A DNA stretch of 64,000 nucleotides. It comes from Schmidtea polychroa (taxonomy: Eukaryota). The stretch lies in assembly GCA_044892525.1 (NCBI GenBank), contig CM097887.1, positions 24,056,001 to 24,120,000 on the forward strand, read 5' to 3'. The notes beneath the pieces were generated by a model. That model saw nothing but the letters and a program-made list of their open reading frames with translations, did not search any database and had not been told where the DNA came from. Positions within the stretch are counted from its first letter, which is position 1. Every line of letters begins with the position of its first letter. Shown in pieces: positions 48,208-61,030 of this stretch. Position numbers and translations under genes: made by a program.

Positions 48208-51200
48208 TTGACAACATCAACAGACGATTTATCAGTTCATAGTCTATCCGTATCATTAAATAATTTAAGAGAACCAGTGGAAGCACCCGAAATAATCATG
48301 ACGAATCCTATACCAACCATTACAAAAACCGAGGAGTATAAAGAGAAGTTTAGAGGCGAACCCTTCAATGGGAATGCGAATAAATTAGCAACATTTATAA
48401 TTAATTTCGAAGTTTATATAATGGTGTGTGGATGGACACCGGAAGCGATCAGTAAAAGAATGCCTTTGTTTTTGTGTGATAGTGCACTCGAGGTATATCT
48501 GGAAGCGAGAGAAAGAAATACGAAATTAGACGACTGGGAAAGTATCAAAACATTTTTGAAGAAAACTTTCGGAGCCAGCAAACCAATAAATCAAGCTTTG
48601 GGTGAACTGGCGAGTAGAAAACAAAGAGCAAATGAGTCAATAACGTTATACGCAAGTGAATTACGGAGATTGGCAAAGAAGGCCATGAACGGAAACTTAC
48701 CGGAAGAGAATCTGATTGGTTACTTTGTAGAAGGATTACGCCGAGAAGAGGTAAGAGCCTCGGTAGGATGTCAGATGTGCAAGACACTAGAAGAGGCCAT
48801 AGATTGGGCCACAAGATGCGAACTTCACCTCCCGGCACAAATGAATGTCATGCAGGAGGAGGGAAGAATCGCAGCAGCAACGGTAAAAACAGAAAAGGGA
48901 GATAATAACAATCATGAACCAAATATGAATCAGTTTATACCGGGAGCACACCAAATTTTTAAACCACCACAAGGACGACCTAGTGGAAATGTTAGTGATC
49001 GCAACAATACAAATAACGGGAATAATCCCAATATTAGGAGAAATATGACGGACAATAAACAATGTCGAACGTGTGGAAGACCAGGACATTGGGATAGAGA
49101 TTGATACCGAAACGCAAATTGTAACAGGTGCGGACGACGAGGGCATACGGAGAATATATGCCAAACAAGAGGATGCTATAACTGCGGTCAACCAGGTTAC
49201 ATCTCGAGGGAATGTCGAGAAAGGGGCCAACAACAGCGACCACCACAGCGAAATAGTAATTATACACCGAATCCACAACGACAAAGTAACCCCAGTGAGG
49301 GAAAGCAAATAAATGTTATGCAAGAAATTTCACAAATGAAGCAGATGATGCAACAGCTGATGCGACCAAGACAAGAACAAGCACCACAACAAACACAGAA
49401 TATACGTATGATGAGGAGCACCGAAAACATTAACAATTATGAAGTACAACAACACGCACAAGAATGGCAAAGATTACAAGCCGAGGAAGAGAGAATAAAA
49501 AGAGAGCGAATTCAGCAACGACAAGAACAACCGTTACGAATAAATATGATGAAAATGGTAAAAGAGATAAAAGAGCAGTATTGTTACAATTACGGGAAAA
49601 ATCCAAGAGTAGTACCCATGACCGAACCAGAGAAGCCAAAGGAAACGATAACAGAAAGCAAAAGAGAAAATCCCACAACACCGCTAAAGGGAAATCAGAG
49701 AATTCAACAAATATTCTGGAAAAAGATAAAAGATAGAATTGAAAGAGAGCATGAGAAAACGAAAACAGAAGCAGACGCGGAAAATAACAAAAACGAGAAA
49801 CAAAATAATCATCTAAACCATGATATGATACAAGAATTAGAATCGGAAGAATCAACGATATTCGAAAATAAAAAATTAAAGAAAGTACCGAGGATGAGAA
49901 ATTTACGAATTAATATGATGAAAACGACAAAGGATATATCATCAACAGATGACGAGGAAGATTATGTGAGTAGTCTCGGTGGAGAAATATTACAGTTAAA
50001 TGAAAACATCGAACAACCAAGAGAAAAGATTGAGGAGAAGGAAGACGAAAATGAGAGTGAAAGCGATATGACAAGCGAAAGTGAAGATGAGAATATTGAA
50101 ATGAAATTGAGAAAAGAAAGAGAAGAAGCGATAAAACAAGTAAAAGAAATACTTCCAGTGGTAGTGCGAAACCAGGAATTTATCGACATTATACCATATA
50201 GACGCTTCATAAAAAAGATAATGAAACTAGAGAGAAACGAAAAGGATCTAATACCAAGCGAGGAGAAAGCGATAATAAAAAAGTATATGGAGAAAATGAA
50301 ACAAGCGGAAACAACACGCTATGTAATAAAAATCGGAACGAGTAAAGGACTCGAAAGAATATGGATAAAATATACAGTCACGGACGAGCTGTTTGATTGG
50401 ATAAGAGAACATTTGGGTAGCTCGAGGAAAAAAGAGTATCTGTATCAATATCAAGGAGAGCAAATCAAACCGGACATGCGCCTAATAAATACATTGATCT
50501 GGCCAGGAGAAACCCAAATATTAAAGTTACATAAAGAGAAACAACCGGTCAATATCCACAAATGGGCTAAAGACGCCAAGGCCGAATATGATTTTAACAT
50601 CAAACTAAAACTGGAACAAATAAAACAATGCACTATAAGACGAAACCTAGATAAGTTAATCAAACAAATCCAAGAACAAGTAGAAGATAACTGGGAATTA
50701 CTCCTAGCAAGACGAACCCCAGCTATGCATGAACTAATGAGTCGATTACGAGATACGGAACTATTCAGAATGAGCGATTGGAAAACCGTTAATTTGATCC
50801 ACAAATATGGAAGATTAAAAGAAACGCAACCAAAGAAATTGGAAATAACCATATGGTTGCCGAACGAGGAGAAACGACGAATAAAAATAAGCAACCAGAG
50901 TACGGTGGACGAATTGGTAGAAAAGATAAATTAAGAGATAACGGAAAAAGTGCGAAACGAGAGTGATGATGGCATGATAGACGATGTAGTTATTATGTAC
51001 GACAAAAGAATACTACGAGCTGAAGATGACACCTCGTTAAGCGAAATGGGAATGTGGGATAATCATCAAATAATTAGACAGGATGAAAACGCTATATCAG
51101 AAATCAGTGGAGATAATTAAAATTCATCAACAGTGGTTAAAAGAAAAAGAACTACAAGGAAAAATAAAGAAATTGAGTACTAGATCTTGTAGACGAACCT

Positions 51201-53128
51201 CATGGGAAAGGGTGTGGAACGCAGAAAACAAAGAATGGGAAACCAAGAAAGGAATCTTCATAGAAACAGAAATCGATGAGACAGAAAGCAAACCAGAGGA
51301 GGAGAAGGATGAACCTCCCGGATACGAAGAAGAGGAAATGGAACCTGTATCGGACGACGAAAGTGAAACGGACGTCACGTCCGAAAGTGAAACGGAAATC
51401 AGACACATCCATGCGATGAGAAAGAAGGAACGTGAATATGCCGATATGGACAGTGAAGAAGCGATAGAAGCAAGAGAACGAGAGGAGAAGGAAAGATATA
51501 AACAGTTAGCTGATATCTTAACATTGGGAGCAAAAAATCAAAAACGACAAGTAGTAGCATTGGCTAACTTCATCCTAAAGTCATCAGAAAATATCCACAA
51601 TTTGAGAGATATGGCAAAGGCGATAGAGGAATACCGACAGTATAACGAATGGTATCCAGAACAGCTAGAACAAATTATTAGAAAATGGAGAAATCAAGAA
51701 TGGGCACAAGATACCCAGGAAAGGTATCGAATCCGAGTAAAATGTCCCGACAAAAGCATCGAAGAAGTAGAAGTGCATCCAACAACGAAGATCAGAGAGT
51801 TGAAAAAGAAATTAGCATACGAAACTCCATTTCACCTGCAATTATTCGGAAAATCGTTAGATGATAATGCGGACGTAGGAATAACACCTATGAGATTGGA
51901 AGAGGTGAATACGTTAACAATGGCGGAAACATTGGGAAAACCAATTAAAAAGAAAAGCAAATCCAGTAAACCTCCAAAAGGTAGCTTGAGTACACCAAGT
52001 CCCGATAAAGTGCCAAGCAAATCAAACGAAACCGAGGAAGTCGAGGAAATCATATTAGAAGATAGCGACGAAGGAGCCGGAGAAAGATCGCCAATATTGG
52101 TGAAATGGCCGACAGGGGCAGAAATATGGACAACGAGCAGACCGTCAACTAGCTACCAACAACCAAGCAAGCTGAGTATTGAGGAAATCATGGATAATAC
52201 AACAGAAACTGAAACGGATGAACAAATAAAGAGACAACAAGAACCAGCGAAACTGCCAACCGAAGGGAAAAATGATAAAATCATAGACGAATGGAATGAA
52301 TGGCTGAGAAACAACGATAGCTCACTACCAAGAACAGATAACGAGAGAAACCCGAGTTACGAAATGACAAGAGAAGCAGGAACAACAATGGAAAAGCGGG
52401 CAAAAGGAAGACCCAAGAAACAAGGAGAAAAACCAGAATATAAAACCAAAGAACAATTAAAACAAGAACAAGGACAAGCCAGATTAGAAAAATTAGATAA
52501 AATAGTGTGGGATCTAAAAGAGGCCCAGCCAACGATCGAAAGAGGTGAAAGGTGGATACGAGAGCTAATAAAAGATATGCTAATAATAACAAACCCGCAA
52601 TTGAGACGATTATGGCAACGGCAAGTAGCGAGTGTAGAAGCCAGACAACTGTGGAATATAATGTCAGAAATAATCCCGAAACTAATTAAGGAAAAAACAA
52701 AGACCACTAAAACAGATTGGGAAGAGACACGGAGAATGATCGAACAATTAACTTTAAACGCGAACGACGACGAACATCACTTAGTGGTAATAACGTATCA
52801 AAAGTACAACCTGATGGGACTAGCAGCAAGAAAAATACCTAACAAACAATTCGCAAATCATGTAGAAATGACAGTTGCAATCATTGAAAATTCAATCGAA
52901 CCACATATTATCCACGCCGGAGGGTGGAAAAGGCTTATACAAGCGCCACGAAAAAACGACCAAGAGAGATCGATGCAAATCAGGTTGAAAAAATTGCTAA
53001 ACGAGCTAGAATGCGAGTTGCCAATGAAAGATCCAGCCAGCAGAAAAGCGTCGATTAATAATGATGACCATGATGATATGGATGCTATGCATAAGTGGAG
53101 CAGCAGGATTTACAATTTACGATTGTGA
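48208..53128 (+). pseudogene. gag: A2 Gag-accessory-Bcl-2 polyprotein
   Basis: 48208-49104 and 49318-50934 share a frame with one TGA at 49102. 51083-53128 runs from the acidic linker and UBL3 directly into the Bcl-2-like domain (~52550-52945). Confidence 0.88.
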
Positions 53129-53902
53129 TAATTCGATAATGAAAGAGAGATACTCACTGAGAGACATAGAAGAGTAGACAAGCATCACCAAATAAATTAG
53201 AAGTGGTACAAACAAAAGTCTCATATCACGTGTATCAAGAATCGGATTTTATCAGAATGAGAATGCGTAGTGTTATATTATAGTTTTTGATTATTTGATT
53301 TGTGTGTGTGATATGAATTTGTTATGTTTGGAGGCTGTTATTTGATGGGAAATTTGAAGAGCCCGATAGAGTCACCGATAAAAAAAATGTGTTGGGACAA
53401 TCGTGGTGTGTGCTGTGTAACAACAAATAAAAATAATAATCAACAATAATAAATTACAAACTTTATTAACTAAAATAATAAATAATACTTTCTACAAACT
53501 CTAGTACAATTCTGATACTCCGAGATCAATCCAATTGCCAATAGGAAATGTTGATAATCAGATTGGAACAACGGCAAATATGTGCTTTATTTCAAAACTA
53601 GAATAATGGAAATTGTTAGACGCAATTAAATTCAAGTCTTCTTCAAGCATTTATTTTTATAACAACTTCAAAAATTGTGCCGTTTACTAGAATATTTAAA
53701 CACCGAGGCGTGATAATTATTAATATTAATGTAATTACTGGTCATACATTTAATTGATTTAATTTAATATAATTTAATATAATATGATATAATTTAATAT
53801 AGAATTTAAATATACAAATTTAACAGAAATAATTATTTCTACTAACTGATCTCACTTCTACCATTTAACCATAATGATTTTATATAGAGATTTACTAACT
53901 CC

Positions 53903-56900
53903 TTACATCCACCCTTCTTTAAAATGCTTTAACTTTTCTATATTCCTCGTTATTTTTCTCCCGTTTTCGTCTGTTAATAAATAACTTCTTTCATGATTTC
54001 GTTTTATTACTGTGTATGGTCCTTCATATCTCTCGTAATCTTTGTTTCTAATTTCTTGTTTCACCAATACTTTGTCCCCCACTTCTAAGTTCCTAGTTGT
54101 GCCAATTTCTTTCGTTTGCTGTCTTTTAGCCTCTAATTTCCACATGATTTCATTCCTATCCACTTCATTATTACTATGCCATTGCGATCTATTAATCTTT
54201 CTTTCAAATATAATTTCTGCTGGACTCACTCCAGTAGTTTTTTGAGCTGTCGCATTTAAAACGTATTCTATATCAGGTATTAATTCTGCCCAGCTTTTTT
54301 TAACTCCTTCTCTGAGTGACGCGTTAATATAGTCTCTTATAGTACGAAATTGTCTTTCAATTACACCATTAGTATTATGATGATACGGACTCGAAAATAT
54401 CAACTCAATTCCTGCTGCCTTTGCTAGTTCTTTAATGCTATTTGCTTCGAAATTTTTTCCACAATCAACATGTAGTTCCTTAGGGGCTCCAAATTTCAAT
54501 ATCCAATTATTTAACAAAACTGCCTTTATTGTATTTTCATCTTGCTTTCTAATAGGAGTTAGAGATATGTATTTACTGTAATCGATTATTGCACAAATAT
54601 ATTTTTCTCCTCTGAAGGTTTCTCTTAATGGACCGCAAATATCCATGTATATTTTCTCCATAGGTTCTGAAGCTTGAATTACTTGGGTTTTTTCTTTTGA
54701 CTTTGTAGTTAAAACTTTGTTTTTCTGGCATGCTTCACATATTGAAATAGTCTCTTTTACTTCGTTTAGCAAATCTTCTATATCAAATTTGTTCCTAATA
54801 TATTTCATAACTTTTTCTACTCCTGCGTGGCATAATAATAAATGTGTTTCCTTAATCATTTCTCGTCTTTTTGTTTCTGGTATCCATATTTTGTTTTGAT
54901 TGGTATAGATAATATTTCCTTTTAACATATATTTATTATTTTTCCTTTCATTTATTTGATCTTTTATATCTTGTATTTCTGCATTATCTCTTTGCCATTC
55001 ATTTCCATTATTTTCGGTCATCAATGTTAACAATCTAGTTTTTAATCGCCCTGATTTGGGGTTATCATGGTCCATCAAACATTGTACACATTTGCCGCAT
55101 GTATTTCTAGACAGCATATCTGCATTCGTATGCGCCGTACCTTTTCTGAACTCCATTTTTATGTCTTAACTGCTCAAGTAATTTATCCACGTTTGGAACT
55201 GTGCTGTTATCGGCTTCTTTGTCGTTAACATAAAAGTTATTGCTTTATGATCAGTGCGCAAAACAAACCGTTTACCGTATAAATAATGGTTGAAATGGCG
55301 ACAGAAATAATATATAGCCAAAAGCTCTTTTCGTGTTATACAATATCCTCTTTCATGGCTACTCATTGCATGTGATCCATATGCAATAACGTGTTCATGC
55401 CCCATTTCATCTCTTTGTGATAATACAGCTCCAATTGTATCAAAGCTTGCGTCTGTATCTAATATGAATTCTTTCTTGAAATCTGGAAATGCGAGAATTG
55501 GCGCTGTAGTCAACGCCATTTTCATTTCTTCGAAAGCTTTCTCACATTCCTCAGTCCAGATTATTTTTTCACTATTGCTTCCACATATGCTTTCTAGCGC
55601 TCTTGATTTTGTTGCATATTCCTTAATAAATCTCCGATAATAGTTACATATACCTAAAAAGCTTCTCAAATTCTTTATACACTTAGGCCTCTGAAATGAT
55701 TTAATAGCCTCAATTTTACTTTGATCTGTCCGAATCCCCTGACTGTTAATAATGTGCCCTAAAAACTTTACTTCGCTCTTTAATAACTGACATTTTTCTG
55801 GGTTGATTCTCAATTTAGCTTCCCTTATTTTCTCTAGAACTTTTCCAAACACATTGTAATGTTCTTCAATTGTTCTTGTAAAAATTAAAATATCGTCTAA
55901 ATACACCATAACTCCTTCTTTCCATAGATCTTTCAATATTTTTGTCATTAATTCTTGGAATGTACCTGGTGCCGCCGCAATGCCAAAAGGCATTCTATTT
56001 AAACAAAATTGCCTTTCTTTAGTAGAAAATGCTGTCTTTTCTTGCGATTCTATGTCCAATTTCACCTGATAATAAGCGTTCCCAAGGTCTATAGAACAAA
56101 AGTACTTAGATCCATGTAATGTATCTAGAATTTCTTCTACATTCGGCATAGGAAAAGCTTGTCTTTCAGTAATCTTATTAAGCTGTCTAAAATCTAAACA
56201 AAGTCTGATATCTTTTTTGTCTTTTTTCCACACGCATACTAACGGCGTATTCAAAGGTGAATTACATCTTCTTATGATATCATTATTTTCTAAATTTTTT
56301 ATAGCAGCATTTATTTTCTCCACTAAATTGATGGGTTGTTATCTGGGTTTTATCATAATTGGCCCTTCTTTTGTGATGATTTTATGTGCAATTAAATCAG
56401 TACATCCGATATCCCAGTTATTAGCCATAAAAACACTTTTATTGTTTTTAACAATCTCTAACAGTCTTTTATTTTCGTTTAATCTTAGAATTTCTTTTGC
56501 TTTTTGACATCTCTCGTTATCTGTAATCTTTTCCCCAAATCTAGCTTCTATTTCACACACAAATTCATTATATCCTTCTTCATTTTGCTTGATGTAGTTT
56601 AATTCAATTCCAAACTCTTTCTGCAATTCCACTCCGCCTATTATATCTGGAACAATATTTTTAACTATTATAAATGTTATTTTTCTTTCCATATTACCAA
56701 TTCTAACATCAATATATATTTTTCCGATTGTCTCTAATTTACTATCATTTGCACATCTTTACATCTCATCTGTTTTTATGATTTTCACATTCACTAATTT
56801 TTCCACAACTGCTTCTGCCATTACATTTACTCTTGCTCCTGTATCTAGTAAGCATTCCATTCTATAGCCCTGAATTTCAAGAGTTGTACTCGGTCTACCT
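53903..56900 (-). pseudogene. pol: Element C pol (frameshifted)
   Basis: LLDTGA, YLDD, DTDAS, HLLLCHAG..CEAC, YMDICGP, GVIERQFRT. Confidence 0.92.
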
Positions 56901-57291
56901 TGCATTTTGTCATAACTCAATTTCGGTCGTTTCCATTCATCTTTAGTGAAAATATTTTGCTCCTCTGATATTTCATTAATCCACCCAATTTCCTTTCTCT
57001 CTAATTTATCTTCTGCCTTTTTAATAAATTTATAAACTTTTTCATTTACTATTTTATTATTATATTCTGCTTCTTTAATTTCATTATACTCTTCTTGATT
57101 CTTAGGATTATTATTATTATTTATTAAAGATCGATCAGCATTAAAATAACTATAACATTTAAAATTATTTAAAGGAAACTTTTTAAAATTACAAATATTA
57201 TTACATAAAGGTTTTACATTATTATATATATAAGGATTATTTACATTATTAAAATTATTATGACCAATATTTACATCAATATCAAAATTAC

Positions 57292-58332
57292 CTAGTATAT
57301 TGCTCCGATCATTGCCTCCCGTGTCGAAGCATGTACTTTTGGGTGCTGAATATCCTCATATTTGTCTTCTGCATCATCTGAATACTCAAGTGGCATCGTC
57401 TCATCATTAGGTTCAATTGCTGCAATTGTTCTTCCTGGATTGTTGATCTTTTGTTGATAGCTTGTGGTTCGATGGGCATAATAATTATTGTTTCTCATGT
57501 TTGAATTAGTTTGAAACTTCCTTCTTTCCAAATTTGTATAGCAGTCAATCTCCTTATGTCCACGTAAGTGACATCTCTGGCATTGAATCGTTGAACATTC
57601 TCGCCGTCCGTGGCCTTCAACTCCGCATGCAAAACACGTCATTTTCTTTTTCATTTGGCATTCTCGACTCACATGACCAGTTTTCTTGCATGTCCAGCAT
57701 TCCAATTGTCGGTTACTGACGTTTCGCTGCTTGAAATTATTATTTCCGTTTACCATTCCTCTTTGAGCAACATCTCTGTAGCTTCTGTAGTTTTGAACAA
57801 CCGGTGAAGTCTTCACAACATTAATATGGCCCATAATTTTGTTTACCTTTTCTAATTTCTTTATTGTCGCTTTTATTTCTTCTGATGTTTTCAAATCTTT
57901 CATCTCAATCTCTTTTTTAACTTCTCGATCTCTTACACAGTTTGTAAGCAGGCATTTTTCTATTTCTTCTTCATCCCATTTGTGCGCTATTAATTTCTTT
58001 GTCATCTTTTTAATTTTCTCTATAAAAGTTTCGGCTGAATCTGATCCTTGTTCATAACTCAAAGCTTCTTTTAGATCATCCATTAATGATGTCAGTTTTG
58101 AAAATGTATATCGAAGTTTCTCTTCCATAGTTTTTCCTTCGGCTGCTTCATAATCTTCCATTAGCGATCTGTCAAGTAATGTTGTAGTTAATATTACTTG
58201 CATCCTAATTGTTGTTTTTGTCGCGCCAAAAAACCTTTGACAATCCTTAATAAAATTTTCTAAATCATCGCCTTTGTGAAATTTCTCAGGTAAAAGTCTG
58301 CTTATCAATAAATCCGTGGTCGTGGTCGCCAT
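57292..58332 (-). CDS. gag: Element C Gag
   Basis: MATTTTDLL...; three CCHC-type knuckles. Confidence 0.9.
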   Translation of the reverse strand: MATTTTDLLISRLLPEKFHKGDDLENFIKDCQRFFGATKTTIRMQVILTTTLLDRSLMEDYEAAEGKTMEEKLRYTFSKLTSLMDDLKEALSYEQGSDSAETFIEKIKKMTKKLIAHKWDEEEIEKCLLTNCVRDREVKKEIEMKDLKTSEEIKATIKKLEKVNKIMGHINVVKTSPVVQNYRSYRDVAQRGMVNGNNNFKQRNVSNRQLECWTCKKTGHVSRECQMKKKMTCFACGVEGHGRRECSTIQCQRCHLRGHKEIDCYTNLERRKFQTNSNMRNNNYYAHRTTSYQQKINNPGRTIAAIEPNDETMPLEYSDDAEDKYEDIQHPKVHASTREAMIGAIY

Positions 58333-58919
58333 GTTAGACGCAATTAAATTCAAGTCTTCTTCAAGCATTTATTTTTATAACAACTTCAAAAATTGTGCCG
58401 TTTACTAGAATATTTAAACACCGAGGCGTGATAATTATTAATATTAATGTAATTACTGGTCATACATTTAATTGATTTAATTTAATATAATTTAATATAG
58501 AATTTAAATATACAAATTTAACAGAAATAATTATTTCTATTAACTGATCTCACTTCTACCATTTAACCATAATGATTTTATATAGAGATTTACTAACTCC
58601 TTACAGAAATGTAAGTGGTTTGCTCCTGGTTTGATCAAAGACAGGAATGATTTTCGGTTTAATTCCGAGATTAAGCCAATTGACAATAGAGAACTTTGAT
58701 CAAAAACTGGAATAATTTTCAGTTCAAATCTAATCTTCGTTTATTCAAATTTTTATCGATTTTATTTTTCCTATAGCGATAATTTACTATAGTAAATTAT
58801 CGCTATATAGTTTTTTTTTTAAAAATCTGGATTTCCCAGATGGTGGCATTTTATATTTTAGTATTCACAATTCCTAATTGTGAACACTAAAATATTAACA
58901 AAAATAGCTGTACATTACA

Positions 58920-61030
58920 CGTAGTATCAAAAAGGGTATTAGCATATTATTGTGGACAATATTCATATTCAACTCTCATACTACCCGGATTAGATAAAGA
59001 AATAGTACCCATACAAAGAGAGGACTGCAAAGAGATTTTCAAAACCGGAGCGATGAGAATCAGAGAGGGAGTAACAATACATGGACAAAGCGGAATGATT
59101 AAGACAGAAAGCATTTATGTAGCCGGACGAGTAAAAGCAAGTGATGGATCATGTAACGGAGGTACTTATACGATCAGAGGAGAGGTGATATCAGGGGTAG
59201 AAGTAATCAAGTCCTATACAGTAGAGCTAAAAGAATACGAAGCACAATTCGACGCAAATAATTATCAAATGAAAACAAACCCAGCATGCAAGGCTAACGA
59301 AAACGTATGTAGAACCGGAGTGTCAACCATTATATATGAAGCTAATACCCAAAAATGCCGACTTCAATTGTTAAAAAGTGCCTTGTTTAATGAAGTAAAA
59401 TGAGAAATATACGAAAACGAAGATGACGATGATGAGAATGGAAAAATAAGAATGCGAAATGGAAAACCAATACCGCCATCGGCCAGAGAAAAAAGGCTCA
59501 CAACACAAAAAACACCAACGGCACTAATCACGGACGATCCAGACGTAGGTATGAGATTCATCAAAGAGAAAGAAACCACCAAATGCGATAGCATAGTATA
59601 CAGGACAAACTACGCAGGCATCTATATGTCAAGGCAAATAATAGATAAAGCAGTGGGAAAGATAGCCACGGAGGATGTAAAACTATACCTATACGCAAAC
59701 AATAAAATGGATTTCTTATTTCACCGAGGGCAAACGACAATGCAAAAAGTAAATTACGATCTTATTCAAAACGACTGTTCATTGAACAAAGAGATACTAA
59801 AAACCAAATTAGCTATCGCAATAACACACCCAGATAATACAATGCCATCACTCCCGTTACCTGATGGACATTTTGGTAGAATGGTGGGAGAAGTGATGTA
59901 CACATACGCGTGCACCAAGACGTTTGCACGAATGCCAGAAAAACATACAATACCACCAGGGAAATGTGCAAATGAATTAGAAATTTGTTTCAAAGGCCAA
60001 AACAGATTTGTTCAACCCGTCACCAGAATCATGAACCCACTTGGATTTTATCCAAGTACATTTAATTGTTCAAATGTGTACGGACCATTATACGAAAAGT
60101 CCGATGGGAAATGAATAATGTTACCGGTAAGGGCCGAAGTACAGGAACCCAAAAAGTTCGGATTAATAGAGCTTGCAACGGAACAAGATTTCAAACCGAT
60201 AGACGTATCAAACGGAGGTATGTATAGTATAGTATGGCCCATACCTCCGTTTGATACGTCTATCGGTTTGAAATCTTGTTCCGTTGCAAGCTCTATTAAT
60301 CCGAACTTTTTGGGTTCCTGTACTTCGGCCCTTACCGGTAACATTATCCATTTCCCATCGGACTTTTCGTATAATGGTCCGTACACATTTGAACAATTAA
60401 ATGTATTTGGATAAAATCCAAGTGGGTTCATGATTCTGGTGACGGGTTGAACAAATCTGTTTTGGCCTTTGAAACAAATTTCTAATTCATTTGTATACGC
60501 CAGAGGATTTAGAAACAGCACGATTAAACGTACTTTTCCCAGCCAGGCGGGAATCAATTTTGTCAAATATGGTTACCATAACCGGCGGAACAAACTTTCA
60601 ATCGGGTCCAAATTATGAATTGCTACTATCACCTGATCATTTTCAACAAGCCACGTCAAACATGATGAAAGCGATGTGGGAAAGATTTCTAGTGTTCGGA
60701 CAGATGATGGCGGGAATATTAGGAATCATTCTAATTATCCAAATTGTCAGAGTAATACTAACTCAAATGTTAGCATGTTTTGATATATACAAGAGAGAAA
60801 AGAAAGTAAATTGGAAATTGATAGTAGGGTTCCTACCATTCTTGGCAAAAACAATGGTGTTACACGTCATTCAAAAGACATACATAGAATAAAACGATTA
60901 ATCAAAATACTGACAAAAATAAAAGGAACCGACGAGGAAGTTGCCAGGCGATTCCGGAAAACAATGTACGATGAAGCAACAAGAGCACCATTAAAAAAGA
61001 ACAAACCAAAATTTCTGGACAGATTTAGAA
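58920..61030 (+). pseudogene. env: A2 env, main part (5' part at ~53060-53270)
   Basis: Colinear with A1 env; stops, an inverted duplication and a 1-bp deletion near 60865. Confidence 0.85.
59969..60493. repeat. 254-bp inverted duplication (fold-back) in A2 env
   Basis: Arms 59969-60222 and 60240-60493, 17-nt spacer, two mismatches seen. Confidence 0.92.

Larger units (their letters stand above)
53614..58605 (-). mobile_element. Full-length Ty3/Gypsy element C
   Basis: LTRs 53614-53907 and 58332-58605, TSD GAAAT, PBS TGGCGACCACG, PPT aaagaagggtgga. Confidence 0.95.
53271..58919. mobile_element. Solo LTR D (53271-53613 + 58611-58919) inserted in A2 env, itself split by element C
   Basis: TG...CA; 5-bp TSD CGTAG at 53266-53270 and 58920-58924; env sequence resumes exactly. 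Confidence 0.8.

Noticed and set aside
60048-60566. 172-aa minus-strand env-like ORF
   Set aside because: Product of the inverted duplication, not a separate gene.
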